Source: Coniocarpon cinnabarinum
Lineage: Eukaryota
Reading direction: 5' to 3'
Length of the DNA stretch: 45,034 bases
Assembly (NCBI GenBank): GCA_051942205.1
Contig: JAVECO010000181.1
Span: 1 to 45,034, forward strand
A program made the translations under genes and the position numbers. Below, one piece after another: positions 18,155 to 29,396 of the stretch (the stretch's first letter is position 1; each line of letters starts with the position of its first letter). The notes below the pieces were generated by a model. That model saw nothing but the letters and a program-made list of their open reading frames with translations. It had not been told where the DNA came from and did not search any database.

Positions 18155-21067
18155 ATGCATACCTTCTTCACCTCCAGACGTTACAATGACATTGACGGCC
18201 GGAGCACAGGAGCATTTGTTATGGCAGGACAAGGTGGCAAGCTCTTCGATGGGCTGCCAAGTCCTCGTCACTCCCCTCGGTCCTTGTCACCGGTAGACGA
18301 AACGTCAACTTCTCATGACAGAATCAGAAGCCCAGTCCCGAGCGGAAATGCGCATTCAAGAAAGGCGGACGCCGCCTTGAACTCGTTGCAAACGCCTCTT
18401 GCTCCCCTGAAATCAGCGCAGTACCACATTGATCATCAGAGAAAGAGATCGAGCTCTCTTCCCACGCAAGATTCTGCTTATGGGTACTTTGATAATGCGC
18501 CTGTCAAGGATAAACCTAGAACGCTTGCTCCTGAGGAGCCGAAGCGTACAGGTCGACCCGATGTTTTGAAAATGTCTCCATCTCAGATCTTCAACTTCAC
18601 CTCGGCGCCCGACTCACTGCCAATTCGACCTTTGACTCCAGAATCAAATAGCCCTCAGCTATCAGACAGCCATGATGAGCGTCCCTTACCACACAATGCG
18701 GCTAGGACAGACGCGGTTACTCCACTAGCTGGACAGGCCATGCTCGCCGCGCCATCACCACCACCATCGATAAGCCGAAGGAATAGTTCTGAACGGAGGC
18801 AAGAAGCTACGAAGCCGTTTGGGCAAAACCACCGCCCTTCGAAACCGTCACGATCCCTGTCGATCCCCGTACATATGAATGAGAAAGAAAAGGCCACAGA
18901 CAGTGAGAAAGAGTCACGGCCGAGCCCGTTCCCACCTGCGAATGCGAGGCGCAGGGTCACCAGTGTGAAAAGTCAACAGCGAGAAAGGACTCCAAGCTAC
19001 AGAGCAGATCATACGAAAGACAGCTATCATCAAACCCCGTCTTCCATTCCACTTCCGCCCTTCTCATTACCAACATATTTACAGCTTGAGCTTTCGGCGC
19101 AACGACCGTCACCGCTTTACATTTATCGATCAAGCACAGCAGACACTCCGTTTGAGTCGACGAAAATCAAGTTCGAACGACTTAAAAACTTCCTTCTCGT
19201 ACCTCCCTATGTTGAGAACATCCTCTTGTTTGGTGCGCTTAGTTGTCTGGACTCTTGGTTATATACCTTTACCGTCATGCCGCTCCGATTCTTCAAAAGT
19301 CTTTGGATGCTGATGGTGTGGGCAGTGAGGAGCCTTATGCATGAGACTACCGAGATGACTCGATTTATTGCAAGTGGTCTGCCGCGATTATGGGAGCGTC
19401 GTCGACGTGACAGTAATATAGCAGCGTCATCTCGGCGGCCCTCAACTAGCAACGACTCGCGGAAATTAGAATCACTCTTAGATACAATTGCTTCTAACAG
19501 TTCCACGCCTCTACCAGCGCGGTTTATTGAGAAAGTCAGGGGACATCGCCGAAGCAGGTCTGCGCCATCAGCACTACAGCAGAACCACAAAGCAGATCTT
19601 CTTTCGGGACTCTTGGTGATAATCGGTTGTGTCATTTTGTCCCAGTTTGATGCAAGCCGAATGTATCACAACATCAGGGGACAGGCCGCTATCAAGCTTT
19701 ACGTGATTTACAACGTCCTGGAGGTGTGTGACAGACTCTTGTCTGCCTTGGGTCAAGATATTATGGAATGCCTTTTCTCGACTGAGACGCTTGAACGCAA
19801 ACCAAACGGCCGCAGCAAAGTCTTGCAACCTCTTTGGATGTTCGCTTTGGCTTTGGTCTATACGGTCGCACATGCCACAGTTCTGTTCTACCAAGTCATT
19901 ACCCTCAATGTCGCTGTCAATTCGTATTCAAACGCTTTGTTGACCCTCTTGATGTCCAATCAATTCGTGGAAATCAAGGGCACCGTCTTCAAGAAATTTG
20001 AAAAGGAGAACCTGTTTCAGCTCACCTGCGCGGACATTGTGGAGCGGTTCCAGCTTTGGATCATGCTCCTCATCATAGCTCTGCGCAATATCGTAGAGGT
20101 TGGGGGAATCTCTATCACTTCATCGGCTGGCATTTTCTCTGGACCTTCATCGTCTTCTTCGCCTCCCTCAGCGCCGAATGCGACCAACCCAGTAGCCAGC
20201 ACCTTTGGCATACTCCCACACGCCTTTCAGACATTGCCTTCACTATTTCCTTTCCAAGTCTTGTCCCCGTTCTTGGTCGTACTCGGCTCTGAGATGATTG
20301 TTGATTGGCTCAAGCATGCTTACATCACCAAGTTCAACGCTACTTCTCCAAGAATATATTCGCGCTTCCTCGATATCCTCGCAAAGGACTATTACACTCA
20401 TGCGTTCGCAGATCAAAGCTTGATGAAGCGCATCGGCCTACCTGTCATTCCTCTGGCCTGTCTTTTCATCCGTGCAACACTACAGACATATCACATGTTT
20501 CTCGCCACAAATATTAACCCGCCGAGCATCAGCACGGCAACAAGTCTCGCTTCAGCTCACACCGAAGCCGAGCCAACTTCATCTCCTATTCTTGCACAGC
20601 TCGACATGATTTTCAGACGGGCTCTGGGCCACTCAAGCTTAGGCGGAGGGGCCAACTCGAATGGTGTATTCTCATGGACTTTAGACGATGGCATTGCACT
20701 TGCCACGATGCTTCTCTTCTTTCTGGCATTATATCTATTACTTCTTGCATTGAAATTGGCGCTTGGGATGATACTCTTGGGGGTTGCTCGAAATCGATAT
20801 GCTTGTATGCTGGAGCGGGAAAGGAAGAGCGAGAAAGAAAAGATGATCGAAACTGAGAGCAAGCGCTTAGGAGGCTGGGGCGTGGCAGAGCTTGGTGACG
20901 AAAGACGAAAAACAATCTACGAAGGTCATGAAAACGAACTGCGAAGGATCAAGGAAAAGGAAATTAAGGCAAAGGAGGCAGAAGAGAGGGACAGTCTGAG
21001 TGGCAAGGGCCTTAAAGCTATGGAAGGTGTTGAACGATATGCCATGGTCGCGAAGCGGATTTGGTAG
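18155..21067 (+). CDS. EMP65: Emp65/TAPT1 (DUF747) ER multi-pass membrane protein; start may be 18221
   Basis: CLDSWLYTFTVMPLR, DASRMYHNIRGQAAIKLYVIYNVLEV, LNVAVNSYSNALLTLLMSNQFVEIKGTVFKKFEKENLFQ, EMIVDWLKHAYITKFN and C-terminal VERYAMVAKRIW. Confidence 0.93.
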   Translation: MHTFFTSRRYNDIDGRSTGAFVMAGQGGKLFDGLPSPRHSPRSLSPVDETSTSHDRIRSPVPSGNAHSRKADAALNSLQTPLAPLKSAQYHIDHQRKRSSSLPTQDSAYGYFDNAPVKDKPRTLAPEEPKRTGRPDVLKMSPSQIFNFTSAPDSLPIRPLTPESNSPQLSDSHDERPLPHNAARTDAVTPLAGQAMLAAPSPPPSISRRNSSERRQEATKPFGQNHRPSKPSRSLSIPVHMNEKEKATDSEKESRPSPFPPANARRRVTSVKSQQRERTPSYRADHTKDSYHQTPSSIPLPPFSLPTYLQLELSAQRPSPLYIYRSSTADTPFESTKIKFERLKNFLLVPPYVENILLFGALSCLDSWLYTFTVMPLRFFKSLWMLMVWAVRSLMHETTEMTRFIASGLPRLWERRRRDSNIAASSRRPSTSNDSRKLESLLDTIASNSSTPLPARFIEKVRGHRRSRSAPSALQQNHKADLLSGLLVIIGCVILSQFDASRMYHNIRGQAAIKLYVIYNVLEVCDRLLSALGQDIMECLFSTETLERKPNGRSKVLQPLWMFALALVYTVAHATVLFYQVITLNVAVNSYSNALLTLLMSNQFVEIKGTVFKKFEKENLFQLTCADIVERFQLWIMLLIIALRNIVEVGGISITSSAGIFSGPSSSSSPPSAPNATNPVASTFGILPHAFQTLPSLFPFQVLSPFLVVLGSEMIVDWLKHAYITKFNATSPRIYSRFLDILAKDYYTHAFADQSLMKRIGLPVIPLACLFIRATLQTYHMFLATNINPPSISTATSLASAHTEAEPTSSPILAQLDMIFRRALGHSSLGGGANSNGVFSWTLDDGIALATMLLFFLALYLLLLALKLALGMILLGVARNRYACMLERERKSEKEKMIETESKRLGGWGVAELGDERRKTIYEGHENELRRIKEKEIKAKEAEERDSLSGKGLKAMEGVERYAMVAKRIW

Positions 21068-22055
21068 TTCCTTGATGCGCTGCATTGTAAGCTTCATGTG
21101 CCTTCATCCTACATTTGAGTAGATCATACAGTGAGCAAAACAATGCGTGTCGCTACTCCATACAATCATAATTCTTTGACTTTTTAACATCCAATTACGT
21201 CACCCGCCGGATGCTTTTCAGGATACATTGCAGACTTGAAAAAACCCTACGCTAACTAGCCCAGGTTTCATTTCGTGCACAATCATGCAAGCTTGATGTC
21301 CTAACCTCATCATCCTGCTGCGATCTGTACTTGCTCGGCCCCAACATGCACGTATAGAAAGTTGGCCCGTGGCGGCGGCTCGCTCGTCGCAATAATGCCC
21401 ATAATTGTCGGCGCAAAGTGTTTCTCCGTTGCCTTGACCCATGTGTGCGCGGCGGTGCGATCGAAATCGACTATTCAACGGCTTGTCGAAGCGGAAAGAC
21501 CATTCGATTTTGACCAGCTGTACTTATCGAGGCTAGTCCAAGGACCGGAAGGTGGCACCTCTTGATGGCCGAGCCAATCGCCATTTGAGCACCCACCATC
21601 TGAAACTGGCGCTGCAAAACAATTCGCGTCTGTTCCAATATCCTCGTGGCAAGTAGACGTGGCACCCCGATCGTGGATAGGACCCTTTACATGGGTCCGT
21701 ACTCGCCTTCTACCGCGTACTTCTACCAGTAATGCCATAGTCCGAGGTCAAAGACACATACGTGGACTTCGGCTGTTCCAGTCGTTGCGACCAGAACGTG
21801 ATTGTTTCAGTGCCGATTTGTGCGGATGGCTCGTGCGAGCAGATCTTACGCTTCAAATTCACGGAAACTACTTGCCACCTTCCTGAACCTTGGCTGTTGC
21901 TGTTCACCTGATATTGACAGCTAACGATAGTAAGCGCAGCGTATTTATTGATTTTGAATCCCGAGCCCTTGCTCTCTACAGGTCCCAGAAATGCTTTTGC
22001 TTGCAACAATCTAAGGCTACACAACTGTACCACTGTTGTCTACTCCGTCTAGTTT

Positions 22056-22797
22056 TTGTCAGCTGCTGGAGGATCTCAGAAGAGCACGACCGTTACTGAG
22101 GCATTGCGCAAGAAGCTTGGAATGCCACCTTCGCTGAGTTCTTCAGACGCAGAGGCAGTTGACAGTTCAGATGAAGAAGAAAAGAAGGCAGAAGAGTTTG
22201 CCAGACTTTTGTACGACGAGCCTGAGGGTGATTTTTTCTTGAAGAATTTAGAGGGTGAGAACCACCTAAAGAGAAATGGAGCTCCTAAACAGTTGTTTGT
22301 CAAGCGCGAGGTCTATCACGATCTGAAAGAACGACTGTTCAGGTCTTTTTCCGATCCGAGTCTACCCTGGATAAGCGGAAAGCTCAAAGATTACGTGAAG
22401 AACTTTGAAGAAGAGCGCACCTCAATCGAAGCCCGATATGTGGAGGATTTCAACAGAGCGACGCCAGAGGACTATATCATTGAGTAGATGGTCCAGCCCG
22501 ACCGGACTCAGGTCGATTATCGCAAGTAGGCATTGCTGACAGGATCACAGAGGCATATGCATGAGACGTTTTGAAGTTCCCGAAGAAAACGCGCACTTAT
22601 TTCATCGTGCAGTCCAAAAGTTAGAAGACGGAGCACGAGAGATTCCCCGTGCAGTCGGGATGAAATCAAAGCATGGTAGTACTGTTGCGGCAACTTTTCT
22701 CATCGTGGATACCAAAGGCCAAAAAATCAGACGACACTTCATTCCTCAGAAAACGGGCTACAATCGACATGCCAAGATGGAATACATGGATGCGTGA
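22056..22797 (+). CDS. Orphan protein, paralog A; intron 22484-22550; 5' end uncertain (first in-frame ATG at 22122)
   Basis: Phase-2 intron GTAGAT...GCTGAC...ACAG joins ORFs 22056..22487 and 22561..22797. Clear similarity to 24300..25051. Confidence 0.75.
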
Positions 22798-23892
22798 CTT
22801 GAATCCCAACCCCGGTGAGTTCCCTGAAGATAGTCTCTGCACCATGGTAGCGTTAATCGTCAATGCTATTACGGCAATCGTAACAGTGGCAGGCGCTTTG
22901 AAGGTACAACAAGGAAAGCTTACGCTTGGAGCATCAAATAGCATAAGCTTGCACAGCTTTGCCTTTAAATATGTATTTATGCACGAAGTAGACATATCGC
23001 CCGCTCTCTGAGCTGCTTGTAAAGTTTGTGGGTACTTCGTTCCAAACTTGTCGTTCGCTCTGCTTGTCAAGCCTATACTACGTAGCAACCTCATACAACA
23101 AGGATTGCGGTGCAGAAAGTAACTTACAGTCTTAATTGGGCATTGCCTGCTTTCGTCTCGCAATCTGTCTCATGCATGTGTCCTTGTGCTGTTGTGGTAG
23201 GGTATTCGGCCCCAAGTTAAGTATGCGGCATCAGCACTCTCGCGTATGAAGCATCTCGTCACGTTCGGCATCAGATTGTTTCGTCAACATAAAAAGTCCG
23301 GAAGCGTAACTGAATGTCTGGCAGTCAATGACTCTAGGTACGCTTGCCCCCAACTGCCCGCTTGTTTGAAGTTAAGGCCCCAACCAACGTTGCTGTCGAC
23401 GTCGACGTCGACTTTGTGCTTTCTATACCGTCTGCAAAGTTCATACAACTCACAGCCATTGGAAAGCATCTTTGAAGTATGCTGAGCAGTCAAGATTTGG
23501 TTGTAAAATTGGTGAGGACGGCGTCTTGCTTTCAGGAACGAGGCCTGTTGTGAAGCAGGCGATCAGGGGAATAGGAGCACGAGGTGCAATATGATCCGTG
23601 CATTACACGTGACATTTTCAGGCTTGCTGCCTGCAAGTAGAAATTGCCATTACCAACCGTCTAGTTCAAAAAGTGTGATACGAGCATTAGTCACCTACAG
23701 TATGGGGACATCACACAGCATGATGGCTCTAGACGGCTACTAAGTCTGAATGAAGTCTGTCCTCCAGGGACGGCATGCCGCCGTCAGCATTGCGACCGTC
23801 AGGCACACTAAGAAAGTGTTCACACACGTGGCAGCAGATGAAACAACAGCCAGCGTCCTATCCGAACCTTGATAGATACTTTTTCCATTTGT

Positions 23893-23936
23893 CTATTCTA
23901 GCTATTCTAGCTATGCTAGCTATGCTAGCTATGCTA
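23893..23936. repeat. 9-bp tandem repeat (CTATKCTAG) x ~5
   Basis: ctattctagctattctagctatgctagctatgctagctatgcta. Confidence 0.85.
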
Positions 23937-24299
23937 TTTGGCAATCCTCGTCCACCAGCCTCCACTTGCGCAGGCCCCCGGTAACGTTTCATGGAGGACG
24001 ACATGATCATGACATTTTCGATGCGAATTCGATGCAGCTAGCGGGTCCTCTGCTGACTTTTAGCCCTTAAGCCCTTCGCTCGCCACTCACCTTGGACCTC
24101 GTGAGATGTCATCATTGCTAGGCACGCTAGGCGCGGTCGATGTCCGCCCGCTGTTTGACATGCTGTCCTGTCTGGTCATCGTGTATGGTTGCTTACCTGT
24201 GGCTTCAAAACATTGTAATGTTTCGGATAGTATGCTTCTTTACTTTATCTTGATGCTCCTTTAGATACTATTCAAACCGACTGTAGAAGTTTTAGAAAC

Positions 24300-25051
24300 A
24301 TGGACAAGCTCCGCAAAGACGTTGCAAAAGCAACACCTGCATCCAAACCTACCAGCTCCAAGGCATATGAAGCAACCTTTGATGATGATGATGATGATGA
24401 AGGCGAGGCCACCGACCCCACGCTCACGAAAATCTTGAACGAAAACCCTAGAGGCGACATTAACTGGGTAGATCCACGCGAGGGGAAGAGTTATGGATAT
24501 ATGAGGGTGAAGCGAGAGATCTATCACGAGTTGATGAGGGAAGATGAGAACATTCATACACTCAAAGCCGCAAATGAGAAATTGCAGCCCTATGTCTCAA
24601 ACTTTTTGACGCAGAAGAAAGCGATCGACGCATGTTACACAGAGGACTTTCGTCCGGCAATGCCATACGGTTATATCATTGAGTATGTGGGGCCGTCACG
24701 TCGGAGCAAAACACAAGTATGACTCTTGAATGCTAAGCTCGATGCAGGGAACTCCACAACAAACGTATCTTAGTTCCCGAACACGAGTTAAACAAGTTTC
24801 CTTTGTCGCAGGAGGATCAGCAGTCTCACCATCATCTGCTCAAGGTGATTGAATCAGAAGCCCGGGCCATGCCTCGAAAGTTGGGGATGAGCTCGGGTGC
24901 AGAGCACAGAACCGTGTCCGTTGCTTTCATTCTCATTTACGACACCAAACAGCAAGCGATTAGGCGATTTCCCATCCCTCGGGACAACAAGTGCCTCAAA
25001 TACTTCTACCAAACAGATGGCCGCCCGCAGCATTTCGACAATCTTCCTTGA
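24300..25051 (+). CDS. Orphan protein, paralog B, 228 aa; exons 24300-24682 and 24748-25051
   Basis: Phase-2 intron GTATGT...GCTAAG...GCAG at the same codon (YIIE) as in paralog A. Includes a (GAT)6 poly-Asp tract. Confidence 0.8.
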
Positions 25052-26602
25052 CCTATTCAAATTAGCAGTATGTAGCTGCTCATGGTTAATGCGTATCGAT
25101 GCCCGAGGGACTGAACCTGCCTGGCGACCGGCATACTGAAACAGCGTTGGGGCTGTCGGGGTTATTCTGGAGCGTACAATTAGAGAGAAAAGTCAGTACA
25201 GCTATTCGTTCCATATTTGAGGTTTCACTCCACCAGAAAATCTGGGCCGAACACAACCACGTCAATGTGCGCGCCCTCACACTGTGGTGGAAGTCTCTTG
25301 TCAACTGCATGCTTCATCTTCTCAGTACGATGCCGGTGACCTTTCCCCTGGCCGGAAGCGCCAGGCTGTACTTCCGTGTATCTTGCAGCATCGACGTCTG
25401 AATCACAGATGCTATAGACGATGAAATGCTATCAATTGGGAGGGTACAATCATGGTTTGAACGCGCGAGTCGCTGCTGTACCCAAGACATCATGGAATAA
25501 TCAGATCCAGCACAGTGTCATGGACTGAACCAGTCATTCCACAGGAGTATGATGTAACTTTTGGAAAGATGAGCTCCATACAGTCACGAAATCTAAGAGT
25601 TCAAGATTCCGCAGCCATTCTGAGTCAGTGTCGCTCTTTTATCCGTTGCCAGCTTTCTGGCTCAGATTCATGATCTCGAGTTTCCCAACTGAATCCAGTT
25701 ACCCAGTGAAATGAACGGGTGATAAGCTCACGCCCAGGAGACAACATGTCGCAACTCAAAGAACGACGCAAGCCACATCAGAAACAACTCAAATACTTTT
25801 CGGAGTAATGTCAGACACTGCAATGGCGAAGACACTGCCGAAGTTGATCACCTCGCTCAATTAGCCGATTGTTTGCGCGAATGCCACAAGTGCGTTCGCA
25901 CCCGCAGTTTTTAATCCAGAGGCTATTCAGTGAGTGTATAATGCTCTGACTGCGCACAAGGCTCGGGTGATCTAGTCTGCACACGTTGATCAGTCTCCCT
26001 CGCGCAAAATTCACGAAAACGTTAATTAGAGATCTCGCCCTTCACTGGCGCTGCGATTGTGATGCTTTTTGATTATCGTACAATTTGCCAAGGCTATGCT
26101 ACTTAACGGCAAACTTCTGGTACCCACAAGCTACTCAACTAGCAGTAGCAGACCATACTAGCGGCGCTTATCGTCGGTGGCATACAAGGGCTTGACATCT
26201 CTTGTATCCTGAGGTTGATAATTCGAGCAAAGCAAGTAGTCATTGCATGCTGGTCGAAAATATCAAAGTCGGAGATGTCAACGTCGAAAAGAACCTACTC
26301 AGCTCGTATCGTCTCAAAGCACACGTACGACAATCCCTCGAGACGTTGAGGAATTGATTCAAGAAACGGGCGCAACCATCTCGACAAGCTTGACATGATG
26401 ACGCAGCGCGATCGGAGTTGACGAATGAAACTTATCGCCCATTGCTCTGATGGACTTGATGTAGCGTGAAAATTTACTAAGCCCAAGTAACACAAGCCTA
26501 GAGGTCAACAGCCAAAGGCTTCAACTTCAATCCAGTTGAACGCAATTCACTTCACTCAAATCTCTTCGATTCAAGAGAAAAGTGAGGAGCATCTTCCGAG
26601 GG

Positions 26603-28903
26603 TCAATACGACTCGTCCAACCCTATAGCCTGCCAATCCTCCTCCTCTCCACCGCTATTGTCACACTCCCACAAACGATCACCTCCCTCCGCCACATTCT
26701 GAGGCAAAATCCCCGCCTCTCTGCCCTTTTTCCAACTCCACTGCACACCCCCCGCAACACTGTCTTCAACGTCCCAATTCCAATAGAAGAATCCCCATCC
26801 TCTATTGAAGCTTTGAATTTGCGCATCCGCGAAATGACTCAACCAAGTCTTATAACCTTCCGAATACTGACTCGGATCTGCATTCGCGTTGTTGCAACTG
26901 CATTCATCTCCTCTGCCCTCGTCTGCGAGCGGACAACTGGGTTGCAATACCGTCGTTGAAACATTGTCAGTCTTCAAGCTACCTTCCCAACGATTGCCGG
27001 TTCCTTCGGGAGTAAGGAGAGACGCACAATCCGTATCCGCTATGCTCCATTCGCCTGAAATAAAAGATCCGAAACCGCTAGCGGGAGACATGCTTTGGGA
27101 CACTTGCTGGGACCAGCCGGTACACGCGAAGTTGAGCTTGGACGTGTGATTCAGTTTCAACTGATCCCGATTGAAGATCACGTATTCATGGCTATCGAGC
27201 AGAAGCCGTTGAGCGCTTGCGCTTGAACCGTTGGTAATGATGTCGGGATAGGCTGAAAAGGCTGAGTGCCAGAATGGGAGTGGCTCAAAGCCGTCGCTTA
27301 TTACTAGGACTGTGTCGTTCGATAACTCAGAAGAACGGAGTTGGCGAATGGCTGTGGCGGTCCAATTCACGACTTCGTCGGCATTGAGGTAGTACATCCG
27401 TGGTTCGTTGAGGATGCCATACATAGTAACCAAACCCTTGTATCTGTCCTGCGCAAAGAAAGCACTCAATTGCTGATGAATCTGCAGTGTCCTCTCTGCG
27501 TTTAATTGCCCGTCCGTGCCATTCAACCATCCCAGTATGCCTTGTCGTCCAGAGTGGTTCCACCCGTTTTGAGATCCAGGGGCTGAATGTAGATCCAGAC
27601 ATACGCGGAGCCCGTTCTGACGGGCATCCTCAATACCGCGCAGGAGGTAGCGCCAGGATGTGTGAGGCACATATGGGTCACCGTCATAGGTTGCGACGGC
27701 CCAGTAGGGCAAAGGGATGCGGACGTGGTCGAAGCCTGCTTCTCTTATCTGTTCAAAGGTTGAGCGGTTCACGAATTGGGAATAGTGCTTGTCTAGTAAT
27801 CCGTTCGCTGCGGCTGGTCCGAGTGCGGTACTTAATGTCCACTCGTCTGGGTATGGTGGGTGATATTGTGTGTTGATATTTGAGGAAGTTGTGTTGAAGA
27901 GTGAGGGTGTGATGAAAGGCTCGAGACTTAGCCAGCCGCCAATGTTGACGCCGCGGACGGGACGATCAGGATAGGGCCATGCGTCACTCAATGAGGGCAC
28001 AGTTGGATTTGCTTGGATAGAGTTGTCGTAAGATGTGGTTAGCCCCATGATTGAAAGATCGCCGACTGTGTCATTTGTAAATGTCAGGTTGAAATCGGTC
28101 GTATCAAACCATGTAAAGGGATCAAGATAAGTCCCTTTCGCCGCTTCTGGGATCGTATCGGGTGAGATAGATGCCAGAGAGGAGTTAGCTGCTGCAGTGG
28201 ATCCTGCACCATTATGCTTGCGGCTTGCAAGACCCGCTACCAGACCAATGATAAGAATCAGGACCAAAGCTATGCAAATTCCAAATGCGATCCATTTCTT
28301 GCGCCGTGAAAAGCCTTTAGCATGACCTTTCTCTACCTCGTAGTTGCGTCTCCGATGATGCTTCCGGTGTTCTCCCCGACTTTGCGGATGCCTCGCTCGC
28401 TCTGACGCGATCAACGCCTGACCACTCGTGACACGATAGTGCCCTGGCTTTTCACGGTAGTAAAACTCATCTGTCACTTTGCGAATTGAATTCGGACTGT
28501 GGAAGTCATCATCCTCCCTTTCTAAGACCTCGGCTTCGGCTTTTTGTTCAGCAGAGCGCTTGCGTAGTTCGGTCTTTCCATGCTTGATGCTTTGGCGCCG
28601 CTCATATCTCTGCTTGTCGACGCGCAGAGGGCGTGTCGATTTCGAAATCCTGGAGTCTTCCTCGCTTGACCAACCGAGCTGTCTGTTCAGAGCTCGAAGT
28701 TTATCGGGCGATAAACCTTGCTCAGTCGCGTAGCCTGTGCTTCTTCGACGCTGGTCTGGCCTGTATGCACTGGGCGGTGGCTTGGCATGGTCACGCCTCG
28801 TGTGGGTTCTCACTCCATTCTCACCTTGATCAAAGTGACTTGATTGCGATCTTCGACGCCGCTCATCTGAGGACTCACGTGTTCTTGAGCTGCGTCTGTC
28901 CAT
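26603..28903 (-). CDS. exgD: Membrane-anchored GH5 exo-beta-1,3-glucanase (ExgD type), 766 aa
   Basis: Charged cytosolic N-terminus, RRKK followed by a TM helix, VRGVNIGGWLSLEPFITPSLF, DEWTL, DHVRIP, DLHSAPGSQNGWNHSG, acid/base NEP, nucleophile GEWS and GFFYWNW. Confidence 0.95.
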   Translation of the reverse strand: MDRRSSRTRESSDERRRRSQSSHFDQGENGVRTHTRRDHAKPPPSAYRPDQRRRSTGYATEQGLSPDKLRALNRQLGWSSEEDSRISKSTRPLRVDKQRYERRQSIKHGKTELRKRSAEQKAEAEVLEREDDDFHSPNSIRKVTDEFYYREKPGHYRVTSGQALIASERARHPQSRGEHRKHHRRRNYEVEKGHAKGFSRRKKWIAFGICIALVLILIIGLVAGLASRKHNGAGSTAAANSSLASISPDTIPEAAKGTYLDPFTWFDTTDFNLTFTNDTVGDLSIMGLTTSYDNSIQANPTVPSLSDAWPYPDRPVRGVNIGGWLSLEPFITPSLFNTTSSNINTQYHPPYPDEWTLSTALGPAAANGLLDKHYSQFVNRSTFEQIREAGFDHVRIPLPYWAVATYDGDPYVPHTSWRYLLRGIEDARQNGLRVCLDLHSAPGSQNGWNHSGRQGILGWLNGTDGQLNAERTLQIHQQLSAFFAQDRYKGLVTMYGILNEPRMYYLNADEVVNWTATAIRQLRSSELSNDTVLVISDGFEPLPFWHSAFSAYPDIITNGSSASAQRLLLDSHEYVIFNRDQLKLNHTSKLNFACTGWSQQVSQSMSPASGFGSFISGEWSIADTDCASLLTPEGTGNRWEGSLKTDNVSTTVLQPSCPLADEGRGDECSCNNANADPSQYSEGYKTWLSHFADAQIQSFNRGWGFFYWNWDVEDSVAGGVQWSWKKGREAGILPQNVAEGGDRLWECDNSGGEEEDWQAIGLDESY

Positions 28904-29396
28904 TCATCCATGTTCAGAAGCTTGAGGAGCGGTACCATCGGTGAAAAAGCCGTGTTTACATTGCTGGGTCGCTATAGCAACCAGGGCTGAAAATTGCCTA
29001 TTTAGGCTTCTTGTGCTATAACATATCTTTGCATCAGTGAGACTACACAAAGCCAAGAATATTTGAGCATGTGGCGCTGGACAAATCCGGGTCGACGCCA
29101 AGTAGCATTTCTTTCTTGTCCACGCACGATTGCAGACACAGTCGTTCAGTCCCTTAGACCCTGAGGAGAAAAAAGACGTGATTTCTCATTACCCAGATTC
29201 AAAATATGAATACTATCCCTACTCTCCTAGTCTTCCCTTTTCAAAAATGAAGCTTCCCGCACTCAAATCTCTCACTGAAGTGAAGTTTTCCGAAACTTTT
29301 ACCCTTTCCTCCTCGAGCAGAAGCAGCAAAGTTCCTCCGCGAGTCTCCCTTGCTCAGCTTTGCTTATCCAACATCCTGCGAGTCGTGCTTGACATC

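Noticed and set aside
25100..26580. Third paralog or transposon relic downstream of the orphan pair
   Set aside because: I found no family motifs, terminal repeats or transposase/RT motifs; only short ORFs.
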